A stretch of DNA of 64,000 nucleotides. Source: Dendrobates tinctorius. Its lineage: Eukaryota. Below the pieces are notes generated by a model. The model had not been told where the DNA came from and did not search any database. It saw only the letters and a list, made by a program, of their open reading frames with translations. This document shows, one piece after another, positions 11,079 to 24,227 of the stretch (its first letter is position 1; the number at the start of each line of letters is the position of its first letter). A program made the position numbers and the translations under genes. The stretch spans positions 29,698,001-29,762,000 of the forward strand of contig NW_027361825.1 in the NCBI RefSeq assembly GCF_039654945.1. Reading direction: 5' to 3'.

Positions 11079-12907
11079 ATGGAAATCAGATTGGTGGTCT
11101 TCAGTCTTGTGCTTGTTGTAGTGACCAGACATCCACACCGGAGACGCTGCCCCTGTCCAGATATCAATCAGTATCTTCTGCTAACATGAGGATGATCAAA
11201 CAACTGCAGAATGAACATGTAAGAAGGCAGACTGTTTTATATATTTTTTGTAGATGCACATCTATAGAGTCAGAAGTCAGGGTGCTTTCACATGTGTTTT
11301 TTTACAAGTGAAGAACCACAGCAAGTGTAAAAGACAATTAATCTAATCTTTTCCATTATGTTTTACTTGAGAACTTTTGGTGGTACAATTGCAGGGTAAA
11401 GTGATTAATTGACTAGTGCTACTGTTGATCTGGTACATGATGAGATGATCCATTTATGGTTGGTTCTTGACTTTTTGACTCACTCTATACAGTAGACATC
11501 AATTATTACACTGTAAGGAAGTATATTCTGGATGAGTTAATTTACAATATACTATATACATGTACAGTACATCTAAAACAAATCCTGCTTTATCTATCAA
11601 CAGGAGAAGACCATGTCCACCAATGTAACCAAATGTTACAGAAGAATGGTGAGACACAAGCCATCTGCATGTGACCTAAAGGTAAATACAGATCTTTCAC
11701 TTTATTCCATTATTGGGCTTGAAATAGTTCTTGAAAATAAAACCCAAATTACCTAGTCATATATTTAGATGCACCTAACAGTTTCCTCATATTCACTTCT
11801 ACAGACCAGTGACCATCTGATTTTGACACTGGAGCGAGTTAGGGTCTGTGCACATGCTGCGGATTCTGCTGCGGATCCGCAGCGGAATTGGCCCTTCGGA
11901 TCTGCAGCAGTTTCTGCTGTGTTGTACAGTACCCTTTTAATCTATGCAAAATGAAAACCGCAGTGCACACGTTGCGGAATTTTCCACGCGGATTTGCTGC
12001 AGTTTTAAATCCGCAGCATGTCACTTCTTTGTGCAGGTTCCGCTGCGGTTTGGCACCTGCTCCATGAAAGGTGTCAAACCGCAGGGGAAAACCGCAGGTT
12101 AATCCGCAGAAAATCCTCAGATAAACCGCAGGTCTTTTGACCTGTGGATTTACCTGCGGATTCAGACAAATCCGCACGGAAAATTCCGCAGCAGAATCCG
12201 CAAAGTGTGCACACACCCTCACTGTAACTACAGAAGTTCTGACGAATCTGTCCACATCTGCTGTACGTGACCTGGCATCGCAGTCACTGGGGAAGTTTCT
12301 CATAACCAGAGAAGATCTTTTGATCTGTGTAGGTTCATATGGTCCTCCTGTTCATTGACTGCATGGATTGTGCTTTTATGTTTCGTTGCTGATATTGGAA
12401 ATATTGATTCATAACTAATCATTATCTTGCATTTTTCACATTCAGAAAGAATCACTAGGACACAGTAAAACACCTTCTGATGAGCTGAAGCCATGGCTGC
12501 ACCATCTCCAGCTCTTTATAGAAGACGTAAGTGTCCTACACTAATCTACAGATGTACTAATATCCCTGTCTTTTCTTGGTGGAGGAGATAATTGACACTT
12601 GACTTGAACAGTAGATGAGGGTCAACCTTGACTCGAGCGACCCAATAATGTTCTGAATGGAGACTAAAGTTGATGACATTATACAACTGAATATCAACAG
12701 AACATAAATGCAAGAACGAACCCAATGGTATATAGTCTAGGAGAAATTGTAGGCAATGCAGAATCCATAACATGCATAATAAACGTTTTTCATATTATTT
12801 TGTAGGAATCTTTGCAATGACTCCAGGGAGTAGTGCTACTGAGTGTTATCTCGCTAGTGGTAGAAGTTATTGGATATTGAGCTCATGCGAAGAAACTAAA
12901 TATGTAA
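11079..12907 (+). pseudogene. ifnl: IFN-lambda pseudogene B1
   Basis: Exons 11079-11218 (140 nt, 1-bp deletion at CCC-TGTCC), 11604-11681, 11805-12328 (MITE inside), 12446-12526, 12806-12907 (TGT>TGA and TGG>TGA). Confidence 0.9.
11842..12218. mobile_element. PIF/Harbinger-like MITE in B1 exon 3
   Basis: TIR GGGTCTGTGCACA...TGTGCACACACCC; 3-bp TSD TTA/TCA; internal GCGGA/TCCGC repeats. The empty site GAGTTACTGTAAC is seen in B4. Confidence 0.85.
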
Positions 12908-13360
12908 TTTATATTTATTTGCATTCTAGTTTTCTGTTCTAAAAATTATAACTTTAATAAAAGCAAATTAATTTACCTATTGTTCGTAAAATTATCTGAA
13001 AAAGAAAAGCTGTGATTGAGAAGTGGTTAAGAAGTCAAAGTTAAATTGAGATGATTCCAGAGATTTTGCAGGAGGAGATGTGTGTATGGGAGAAAAAGCA
13101 ATTCTATGGTGTATGCTGAATTCCAGATGGCAGCCGAATAGTGGTTTTGACAAAGTAGGACAAACCCAGTAAAGTACCAAAGGATTCTGCTGCGGCTCTT
13201 AGATACCCGCTGTTTACCTTGGATACCAGCTCCCAGCGTCGCTGATCGTGCAGGCACGTCCTGGGCCATTTTTTGATCGTTGGTCTCTCGCTGTCACATG
13301 TAGCTATGCGCGTTGGCCAGCGGGAGACCAACAATCAAAAAATGGCCCAGGACGTTCCTG

Positions 13361-16300
13361 TGTAAGGAAGGTGACCTGATGGATGGACGGACTAGTCAGA
13401 GTGAGGAAGGAAAGGTTTGCACAGTGTAGGTAGGTGTCAGTTATTACAGTGGGGAAACAGCTAGGAAAGTGTAGTGGACGCGCAGTACCTTGGGTTGACC
13501 ATTAGATGGCAGGGAGGAGTGTGAGCAAAGGACTTGACAACAGCTTAGGGCTTTAGAAACCGTTGGTCATGGGGGCGTGGTTACAGTGACAGGGGATCGG
13601 GAGAGCTATAAATACTGAGGGAGGATTCCCGAATGTTCCAGTCCCCAGGGGGAGCTCCAGTGATAGGAGGACTGTGACAGTCTGTGCGCTGTGAGGAGAA
13701 TCTAAACCAGGGGGACTAAGGAGAGAGAACGTCAGGGGGGTGGTCCTGACAGGAAGAACCGCAGAAGGGACGAGGCACTGGGTGTGAGACACCGTATTTG
13801 ACACGACGACTGATCAGTGGAAGCGCTATTGGTTTACGGGCCTAAGGCGGCCACAGTGATGGACCTGTCAGGAGCGTCGACGAGCGAAGAGGGAACGGTG
13901 TATGCATACACGTCCCCAGTGTAACGTACGGTGTGTGAGAAGCGGCCCTGGAAATGGAGGGCCGTGAGGTAAAGAAAGTGCGGTGTGCTCTGAGGCCGTC
14001 AGACGGACGGCGAATTAAATAAACTTGGACCTGTTGCACCCAGAATCTGCCTCCATCTTGTCTCTGTTTTTATCTCTGCGCAGTAAGAAGAGGGATCACC
14101 CCCCTGCTTGGCCCACCGACCCTACATTTGGAGTAGTCGGCAAGATCGCCGCCGCTAATACGCTATCTTCTGCGGCAGGCCTGCGTCTGAAGGACTGAGA
14201 AAAACTTGGGCTGCTCTATTTTGGATTATAAACGTCTGTGGATTACAACTGGCTTACCTGTGGATTGCAAATTGGGAGCGCTGTGGTGTCTCCGTGGTGC
14301 TGACAGAAGATCCGGGGTGGTGCCAGGTGCTGCGCAAGATGGCGGCATGGCTACAACGCAGGGGAGAGGTCCGAGTGTTTACAGTCGTGTTGAATGGACT
14401 GGGGCCCCCTCCAACGTACCCCGGTGGACAGCAGTATGTGCCCGGAGGCTGACGTTCCCATGTACTGGACCCTGGCAGATGGGTGGAAAGGCCTGCCGAT
14501 GCCCCACCCCACAGAGGGAGTGACCCCAAGGGAAAGCTGGGGTGCGGCTGCTTGGCGCCATTTGATTGCTGCCCACCGGACAGTATGAGACGCTACGGGT
14601 GTCGGGGCATCTGCCGCCTGGAGTGGCGATGGCGGCGAGAGAATGGACTGCGCCAGAACACGTCATTCTCGGGTCCCTGGACAAGAAGCGGAGCTGGTGC
14701 GGAGCCCGTGCGGAGCCAGAAGGAGCGGCCGCCATTGATACCGGCGGAGAACTTCCCCATGGAGCTCCTGAGCCTGGAGGCTAGGCCCGCTGAACACCGA
14801 GTTGGAGAGCGGAGACTGCGGGAGGAGCCACGTGGTGACGTGACGGAGACCGCGGCGCTGGGGAAGGTGAGAATTCCCCCGGCTCTGCTGGCAGCTTCCT
14901 AAGCGGCCCCTATCATTCTGCCACAGCAAGCAGTCTCCGGCGTACCGGAAGGTCTGGCTGCAGAGGGCCCTATGGTATATGCGGAGTTGAGCGAGGCCCC
15001 TGCCCCCGTCCCTGAGCCATCCCGCCTGGAGTCACCAGGGCGGAGCTCGTTTGCAGAAGACATGGCTGTGCTCCCTCGGCCGGAAAAAACTCCATCACCA
15101 GTACCGGCCGTCACTCCGGCTCTGCTGGAAGTTTTGGATGCGGCCTACCCTGCGGCCGTGGTTATGCCAGTGTTAGAACCAGCTGCGCCCTGTTTGACAG
15201 GCCTTGTGACTCCAGCCCTCAAAGACCCGGCTGTCCCCATTTGCCACCTGGCCCCAGTGGCTGGTGGGCCGCAGATATCATCGGCCACCTCTGCCCCACA
15301 CGCTTTTACAGCGAAGTCCCGCCCATCGGACTCTGGGACTGGCACAGCACCCTCCGTTCAGGTCGCGGAGGTGATCAAACAGAAGAAAGTTCAGTAGCAG
15401 GAGGTATGGAGCCTGCTCCACTCAAAGGGGGAGGCTGGCATGGCAGTGCAGAGATCACGGGGACGGCTGGTATACACCAACGTCGACAGGGGGTACGGCT
15501 TCATCCGTGACACGACCGCCCAGAGGGTATATGTGAATGTGGCCTCCATACGGCATGGTCAGGCGCTTAAGGAAGGGGACTTGGTTTCCTACTATAAAGA
15601 CTACTGCCCCCGCGGGTATTATGTGGTGGCAGTGCTAGCGGAGCCCGAAGGAAGCGAACCCCCGTAAAGAGGACTTGAATGGACACCCTCAGTATTCCCA
15701 GAACTCCACAGCTGTGGGGTCCCTCACTACTGACCACTAGAAGGTTGATTGAACTGTCAGGAGTTCGTAGCAGCGTTGTGCAGGTTATAATAACAGTTGC
15801 GTTTAAAAAAAAAATGTTTTTGTTGTTGTTTATCTGATGCAACTATTTTTTCTCTCTTTCTTTCTTCTTTCTATGTTCCTTGTATGGAAAGTATACCTAA
15901 ATATGTTTGCCTGACAGAACGGGGATACAGAAAAGCGGAGGAGTGTCCAGGTCCAAGGAAGGGGGAGGACGAAAGGGGATCTGCAATGTTATGTTGCTAT
16001 ATGTTGGTTTTAAAATGAGCAAAAGAAAATGAAAAAAAAAAATATAAAAATGGGTACTTGTGCTATTATAAAGTTGTTTAATGTATAATATGCCAAAGTA
16101 AAATGCAACAGGTCCGGGTAAGGGAAAGTCTGCGGGACCAAAGGAAAGTGTGAGATCCGGTAGGGATCTAAGAGTTGAGGAGGTCTGGGAGACCGGGACG
16201 CCGACCATGATATGTAATTGAAAGAAGGGTAAATGAGTTGGAAGACGTGAGAGAGACAGCCGTCCTAGGTCAGGTCCCCAACAACACGGACACCCCTGAA

Positions 16301-17373
16301 GGAGGAAGGCGGGTGCTGGTAATGATCTGGAAGGTATGAGACCTCGATCATGGCATACTGAATAGTGGAAGGTGACAGTAGGGGAGAGTAGGGGAAGGTA
16401 CACGCCATAGAGAGAATATGGGTGTACCTAGCCCAATTTGAAAGATGTTGTCATGTGGCGTGCGCGCTGGTGAGTAGCAGAAGGCTGCTCAGAGCATAGT
16501 GCTCCCAGTATGGTTCGGCCCCCCGCAGATAGTGGGTTTGGCCCAACAACTTGTCCGACAACAGAGTGCAGGTGTAGCTTCAGAACAACGAAGGCAGGGA
16601 TGACGATTGTCGAGGACGACAATGGACAAAGGAAGGGAGAGTGTAGGGAAGGTGACCTGATGGACGGACGGACTAGTCAGAGTGAAGAAGGAAAGGTTTG
16701 CACAGTGTAGGTAGGTGTCAGTTATTACAGTGGGGAAACAGCTAGGAAAGTGTAGTGGACGTGCAGTACCTTGGATTGACCATTAGATGGCAGGGAGGAG
16801 TGTGAGCAAAGGACTTGACAACAGCTTAGGGCTTTAGAAACCGTTGGTCATGGGGGCGGGGTTACAGTGACAGGGGACCGGGAGAGCTATAAATACTGAG
16901 CTCCAGTGATAGGAGGACTGTGACAGCCTGTGCGCTGTGAGGAGAATCTAAACCAGGGGGACTGAGGAGAGAGAACGTCAGGGGGGTGGTCCTGACAGGA
17001 AGAACCGCAGAAGGGACGAGGCACTGGGTGTGAGACACCATATTTGACACGACGACTGATCAGTGGAAGCGCTGTTGGTTTACGGGCCTAATGCGGCCAC
17101 AGTGATGGAACCTGTCAGGAGCGTCGACGAGCGAAGGGGGGACGGTGTATGCATACACGTCCCCAGTGTAACGTACGGTGTGTGAGAAGCGGCCCTGGAA
17201 ACGGAGGGCCGTGAGGTAAAGAAAGTGCAGTGTCCTCTGAGGCCGTCAGACGGACTGCGAATGAAATAAACTTGGACCTGTTGCACCCAGATTCTGCCTC
17301 CATCTTGTCGCTGTTTTTATCTCTGCGCGGTAAGAAGAGGAAACACCCCCCTGCTCGGCCCACCGACCCTACA
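13361..17373 (+). mobile_element. Non-autonomous LTR retrotransposon (Gypsy-like)
   Basis: 5' LTR 13361-14126 and 3' LTR 16642-17373, both TGTA...TACA; 4-bp TSD CCTG; PBS TGGAGTAGTCGGCAAGAT 14129-14146, 2 mismatches to the tRNA-Ser complement TGGCGTAGTCGGCAGGAT; PPT AAAGGAAGGGAGAG 16628-16641; no recognisable RT or integrase core. Confidence 0.93.
14339..15667 (+). pseudogene. LTR-internal reading frame (Pro/Ala-rich, C-terminal cold-shock domain) with three in-frame stops
   Basis: One frame from CAAGATGGCG (ATG 14339) to TAA 15667, with stops at 14450, 14900 and 15395. The C-terminus RGRLVYTNVDRGYGFIRDTTAQRVYVNVASIRHGQALKEGDLVSY..RGYYVVAV fits the CSD pattern (RNP1 RGYGFI, RNP2 VYVN, LxEGxxV). 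Confidence 0.7.
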
Positions 17374-17920
17374 CCTGCACGATCAGCGATTCCCAGCAGG
17401 GGGGCCGGTCGCTGATGCGCGTCACACACAGTGAGATCACTGGCGAGATCGCTGTGGCATCACAAAATCAGCTATCTTGCTAACGATCTCGCTGTGTGTG
17501 ACGGGGCCTTTACCAAGCCTTGCCACAAGATTTTGGATATGTAGCCAAACCATGGAATCTATTTGCACACATGTATTTGGAGGTGTGTTCCCCTCCTCAG
17601 GGCAAGGCAGGAGATTTGATTTTGTTTAGTGATTTAACGTATAAAGGGAGTTTCTCCTTGTGGAGGGTGCCAAGCTGGCATACATATAATTATAGATCAT
17701 AAATGCTCCTTTGGAATTAAATATGCAATGGAGTAGGGAGCAAATAGTGTGTGTGTAGCATTGAGTGTGTGGAACCTCTCTACTTAGTTCCTTTTTTTCA
17801 TGCGTAGTGTGAACCGGCTTAGGGTCCCCTGTTTTCACAGACATTACAGAAGTTAAAATATATTGTACCTGGTTTTAGCTGGGGTCAACCCATTTTTAGC
17901 CATTGTCACCGAGTAATATA

Positions 17921-19255
17921 CAATTGTCTTTGAAAGCTTGCGAACCCCTTAAAATGTTTCCATAAATTCTTAAATTGACCTCAAACTACATTAGTTTTCA
18001 CATATATTTTAAAACTAGATAAAGAGAAGCAAGTAGAACAAATGGGTCAAATTAATAGACTTTATAATTTTTTAAGTAATGAGAAATATCCGATATCATG
18101 TGAGTGTCAAAACTATGTGAATATTTAGTATTAGCAGATACTGTGAAGATGAAGTTAGAGATTGATGTTTTCAATCAACAGGATGACAATCAGGTGTGAG
18201 TGGGTGACCTGTTATATTTAAAGAGGACCAACCATTAAGTCAAAAGTGGGACATATTTGATCTTATTTAAATCCTCCCGCTGTTCCCCTGAAAATGTGTT
18301 TTTTGTTTTTTTTTTTAAATCCACCATATAGTTCCAGAGACATGGAAACTATGGGTAGTGGTGCTCACAGGCTAATAATATAGAGCAACCTAACCCCCCC
18401 CAGAGAATACTGTGAGCAACGTCCCCTTGGTAAAGAGCATACAAATGAGAACTAAACATTATTGCCCATATTTATAGAACCATAAATACAGGTAACTTTC
18501 AAAGTCTAGTCTTCACAATACATGTTTGTGAGAGTGTAAAATGGCATGAAGAAATGAGATATCTGAGGACCTCAGAACAAACATGGGCATAACCATCAGG
18601 GGTGGGAAAATGTTACAAATCATTTTCTAAAGAATTTGGACCCCACCAATCCAAGTCAGACACATTCTATACAAATGGAGTAAATTCAAGAGTAAATTAC
18701 ACTACCGAGAGGAGGTCGACCAACAAAGATAACTCCAAGAACTCTGTGTATGATAGTCTGCAGGGTCACAAAGGAACCCAAGATAACATCTAAGCAACTA
18801 GTCCGCTCTCACATGAACTAATTTTAATGCTCATGAGTCCACCATCAGGAGGACCAGGAAAAACAATGGTGAACATGGTAGGATTGTAAAGAGAAAGCTG
18901 CTGTTATCCAAAAAGACCATTGCTGCCTGTCTGCAGTTTGATAAAGATCACTTGGATAAGTCGGAAGGGTATTAGAAAAATGTTGACATGAAATAAAGGT
19001 TTCTCCTCTAAATGAGAAGCATTATGTTTGGAGAAAGAAAAACACTATATTACACTATATAAACTCCATACAATCTGTAAAACATGGTGGTGGTAGATTG
19101 GGCCTGTTTTGCTGCATCTCGGCCAGGACAGCTTTTCATCATTGATACAACAGTGAAATCTGAATTACACCAGCAAATTGCAAAGGAAAATGGCAGAAAA
19201 TTTACCCATGAGCTCACACTCAAGAGAATACCTCATACTGCAAGAAAACTATATA
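17921..19255 (+). mobile_element. Tc1-like remnant, unit 2 copy
   Basis: Paralogous to 2903-4335. Confidence 0.7.
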
Positions 19256-19884
19256 CGGTAGCTCTGCTTTCTTAGAGTTGCTGAATATGTTTTGTCGAAT
19301 ATGTGGGTCTGGGGTACCTAATGTTCATATTGTGCAGATAATGCTCACTTTTTATGCTTTTCTTATATCTCTAGTTATTTCTTATAAGTTGAGTGGGATT
19401 GTCAATAAATCAACATGAACTTTTTAACAAGTTGTCAAACAAAGTTTAACTTTTTGAGAAAAGTATAATACAGGATCTCAAACTTTTCTTACATAAAAAA
19501 TATAATTTTATTCAGCAGAAAACCAAAATAGAAATAAATCCAATAACTTAAATTAATAATTATATATGTAATTAAATAAATATTAATAAATATATATTTC
19601 AAATTCTAAAAACATTTCTAGAGTATTCAGGTTTAAGAAAGTTCATAGAGGGATATTCTTCTGGATTCTGAGGTCGTATTTTGAAGCTCCTCGACAGGTG
19701 ACAGAAAATCTACTTTTAGTGTTAACTTATTGGTTTTATTATGTATTTTCTTAACCAGTTCTTCACAATGATCATGAATCATTGGAGAAAGGGAAGGGAA
19801 TTATTGGTGATTTGCACAGGAGTTGTTTCCACATTTGAGGAACATATTGTAGATTTATGTTTTTCATTTGAAGCTTCTTTGTAG

Positions 19885-21564
19885 TTACTTCCCAAGAGCC
19901 CAGCACCCAATATCTTCCACGACTAATGGGATGAGACTGTGTAACACAGCCTCCTGGAGACATTGTCGAGATGCCTACAAAATAATATGTAATGTGATTA
20001 ATATGCATGTTGAGAATTCACCAGTAGCAAAAAATATTGTCTTCCTGTTATCTCCTCTGTCTGCCTTCTATGGGTTTTTTTTCTTCCTTTTTGTCTTGTC
20101 TATGTAGTACAGATCATTGTAAAAATGATCCTCTCTAGACATGAGCAGGACCTCATTGACTGTTTATGTACAGGGTCACTTATCTATTCCAGTATGGAGG
20201 ACAGGATCATACTTCTACTTGTTACCGAAAGAAACTTACCTCTTCCAAAAAGTGGTGGAGATGGTGAAGCCATGGCTTCAGATTCTCGGAAGGTGTTTTA
20301 CTGTGTCTTGGTGATTCTCTCTGAATACAAGATATACAAGATGGTTATAAGTTAGGTATTTGTACAAAAACATAAAAGCATGTTCTACGAAAATAATAAA
20401 GATAAAGAGGGGACCATATGGACTTACACAGAGCAGAAGATCATCTCTGATTTTGAGGAACATCCCGAGTGACTGTGATGCCAGGTCGGGTACAGCAGAT
20501 GTGGACAGATTTGCCAGAACTTCTGTAGTTATTGTAACTCGCTCCAAGGTCAAAATCAGACGATCACTGGCCTGAAGAAAGAAATAAGAAAAATATGTGT
20601 CTAAGAGTGGTTCCTCAAGTATATTAGTATGTAGGAACATTTTATTTCACAGAACGTTTATGAAAGAAAGTGGTGTACAGTACAATAGAAGATAATGCCA
20701 GATATGTACTTACCATTAGGTCACATACAGATGGCTTGTGTCTCATCATTCGTCTGTAGCATTTGATTGCACTGTTTGACATGTTCTTCTCCTGTGAACA
20801 GATTGAGCAGAATTTGTTGAAGCTTTACATAATATTAAGTACACTGAATTTAAATAAAGTCATCCAGAATATCTTTCTATATAGTGTGACAGAAGTCAGG
20901 AACCCACCATGAATGCTTTTTCTCATCATGGACTAGACACCAAAGGCAGTACCAATTACTTAATTTAACGTACCCTATCACAATATTAAAAACCTTCATA
21001 TATTATAAATTCTTAATTGAAAAGAGGAGATCAATTTCTTTAAAGATTTGTATTGCAAGGTGCTTTCACATTGCCTCTGTCTTCACAATCAACAGTCCCA
21101 TTACGGCTTGCGTCCAAACTCCACTGCAAAACAGGATTTGAATGTCTTCACCAATTATAGACTAAAATGGTGTCGGAAGAGCGAATATGAGCTCTATAGT
21201 GCATCATTTTTGGATGTATACACCTACTGGAGGTGGATACTCATACATAGTAGACTATGTCTGGGTGTCCGCTGCTCGTTTTGAGGAGGGATTCAAACGC
21301 ATGCCCCAAAGCGACCCACGATCGTGAAGATAAGCACAAAGTTAAAGCACCCTTAGTTTCTGACTTCTGACTCTATAGATGTAAAACTATAAAAAAATAA
21401 TATAAAACAATTTCCCTCCTTACATGTTCATTCTGCAGTTGCTTGATGACCCTGATATCAGCAGAAGATACTGATTGATGTCTGGACATGGGGCAGCGTC
21501 TCTTGTGTGGATGTCCGGTCACTGCTACAAGAACAATGCTGAAGATCATCAATCTGAAGTCCAT
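19885..21564 (-). CDS. ifnl: IFN-lambda copy A2, intact, 177 aa
   Basis: Exons 21564-21424, 20791-20714, 20571-20428, 20320-20240, 19974-19885; canonical splice sites, no stops. Confidence 0.92.
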
Positions 21565-23569
21565 GGCTAAAGTATTTGTGGAGATCTGGAGAATTTATTC
21601 TCTTCCTATGAATCTGTGTATACAATAATAAAACATAGAACATGATTCTTGCACATAAACTCATCATGCAAATGTCCTCTTTTACATATACGAAAAAAAA
21701 AAAGACAATACTTAAAGATATGCACATATCATATATTATATTCCCCTGACAAAACTGTGCGCGTCACAGGCTCACAGCGATATGCATGGGGCCCTTTTTT
21801 ACATCCCCCATGATTGATACAGCACCCCTCCTGGGCTTTTGTATATGTGCCAGCAGGTATACTGTCGCGGGGTCCTACTCTGGTATCACACAGAGCGAGA
21901 AATGAGTGAACAGTCCCAAGAAACTTTATTAAATCAAAACCGAAAGGTCCATAAAACAATCGACAACACAGTGGATAAAATAGTCCAGGAGTACTAGTAA
22001 TGGGATAAATGCCCCAGGGAATGAGATTCACAATCCTCCTCTTAGAGATCCATATGGCAGTCCAGCTCCAGATACATCTCCAGATAGGCTCCTCTAGCAG
22101 TATTTCTAGAGCAATCCAGGTTTCTCCAAGTCTCTCTGGAGTTCTGGTTGTAGCCTCAGCATCCCACATAGGATCTATTTTACTTTTCTCTCCCCTCAGA
22201 AGGAGAGAAATATTCTCTTTTTACCCACATTTCTGTTACAGGTCATCCTCCACAGGTCAGGGGGAGGTGGCAGGGGTTCATGTCACATTGTTTGAGAAGT
22301 TAATCAATATGCATAGTCTGTCCTTGCTCTGCAGGTCAACAATCCATAGGGAACCTCACAATAGTCAATCAACATATTATCAGACATTGTTCAATGATCT
22401 TGCCTCCCTGTCTTGCAAAGACAGTAGACAATACCCTATAGGAGCTGATGTAAGAGGCAAGCAGCAGCCATTAAAAAATATCAAGAGTAAACATTTAAAA
22501 CTCAAATGACAGTAGTCTATGGTTCTTCATCTACTAAAAAAAAGACATCAGGATAATTAACATTAAATTATGTTTTGTCACATTAGAGGGAATACATAGA
22601 ATAATACAGAACAACGAGACAACACCCCTAAAATCAGTAAAGATATGACCACAGACAGAATGATATCCCACACACCAAATCACAACATCACATATAACTT
22701 GATCCTCCTTCACTATATTCTTTAACATCGTGCTTCCGTGGTATCTCTCTCTTTACTCTGAGACTCATACCATGGGCTTCTACTTCTTTGTTCTCTAAAG
22801 CCATTTTGCTTTAGCTGTTTTGTCATAGTGCTTTCATATATACTTATCTCTGTCAGCTTATATTACCACACGTACTTTATTGGTGTATACTTGATATGGT
22901 CCTCCTATATCATCTCCCGGACACATTAAATAGATGGCGCCATATATTGGAGGAATTTACTGTTTTTTTGGTATTCCCTTGAATATTAACCTTCAGGTTG
23001 TACCTTTGTTCTCCATTGGAGGGGATTTCTATGCACACATATGGACCTTTTTCCACATATGTAGTCTACATGCATATGGTATACATTTCATTAGAAAAAT
23101 GTGTTGTTGGTATAACAGAAATATATATTCTTCGGAAACATCATTGGGGTTCCGGTTACCATGTTTGTCCTATTGGCTGGATAAATCTACCTACAAATAG
23201 TGATCGATGTGCAATGCTGCATATTGAATTGGCATATTATTGCCTGGGGTTTGCTATGATATTTAGGTATGCATATCTTCATGTGCTGTCTTTTCCTTTT
23301 CTCTTATTGCCATTTCCTCTCTCCACATGGTATAGCACCCTTTTGCTATCTGTTACTTTACTAGTGGTGCATCCTCTCCCCTCCTCCATGCTGTTCTGCA
23401 TATACACCAAATAAAAGATGCTCACCTGTCCGGTTGACTTGTGTCTCTCTGCTGCTCTCAGCTCTGTTTCTTGTCTTCCCATGTTTCTCCTTTTATATTT
23501 CATTCTCATGGAGAAATTTTCTTTCTATGTTCTGAATTGAAATGACATGAGAAAATTGTCTACAGCTGT

Positions 23570-23903
23570 GGGAAAATCTATCAACTTTCAGTTTCCTTAG
23601 TATGTAGGTAGGAATGTAACATCAGGTAACTGGGAGGAGACTCTTCCACTACTACACGTGACTGGAGGAATCCCTGCTGTATACAGAGATATTACATATA
23701 ACAGCATGAGGAAGTTACTGAGTGATGGGAGGATAGATGACATAAACAGTCGAATAATCTGTTTTACATTGTTAAACGTAATATCTTTGCATACAGCAGG
23801 GATTCCTCCAGTCACCTGTAGTAGTGGAAGAGTCTCCTCCCAGTTACCTGACGTTATCTTCCCAGCTACATACCAAGGAAAGTGAAAGTTGTAAGGATTT
23901 CCC
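23570..23903. promoter_or_regulatory. Palindromic enhancer, unit 2
   Basis: Same structure as unit 1; right-arm IRF site is GGAAAGTGAAAGT. Confidence 0.75.
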
Positions 23904-24227
23904 ATGACTTCTGTCACTTGAATTCTAATCGCAGAGCAAAGTTTTCTCCACATCCTGAAAAAGAAGAAATTTCTCTATTGTTACTTTACATTGAAGCAAA
24001 AAAGGAGAAATATGGGAATATAAAAGTCAGAGCTCAAAGCAGCAGGTAGACGCAACACAAATGGGCAGGTGAGCTTCTTCTTCTGGATACTTGTATAAAA
24101 TATTAGTGCTGTGGACGTCTATATGATAAGTTTATATAAAATAATAATGTTCTATGCATGTATATATCTTACACGCAGATCCATTGGAAGATAAGAAAGT
24201 CTCCAGATCAGCCCCCATACTCCAGCC

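Noticed and set aside
11838-12233. Rescue of B exon 3 by splicing out the MITE (GTTAGG donor, CTACAG acceptor)
   Set aside because: It removes 16 coding nt and gives CGA AAG TTC TGA; other lesions remain anyway.
11839-12303. 154-158 aa minus-strand ORF repeated three times
   Set aside because: It is the antisense of the GC-rich MITE plus exon 3; the repetition reflects the segmental duplication.
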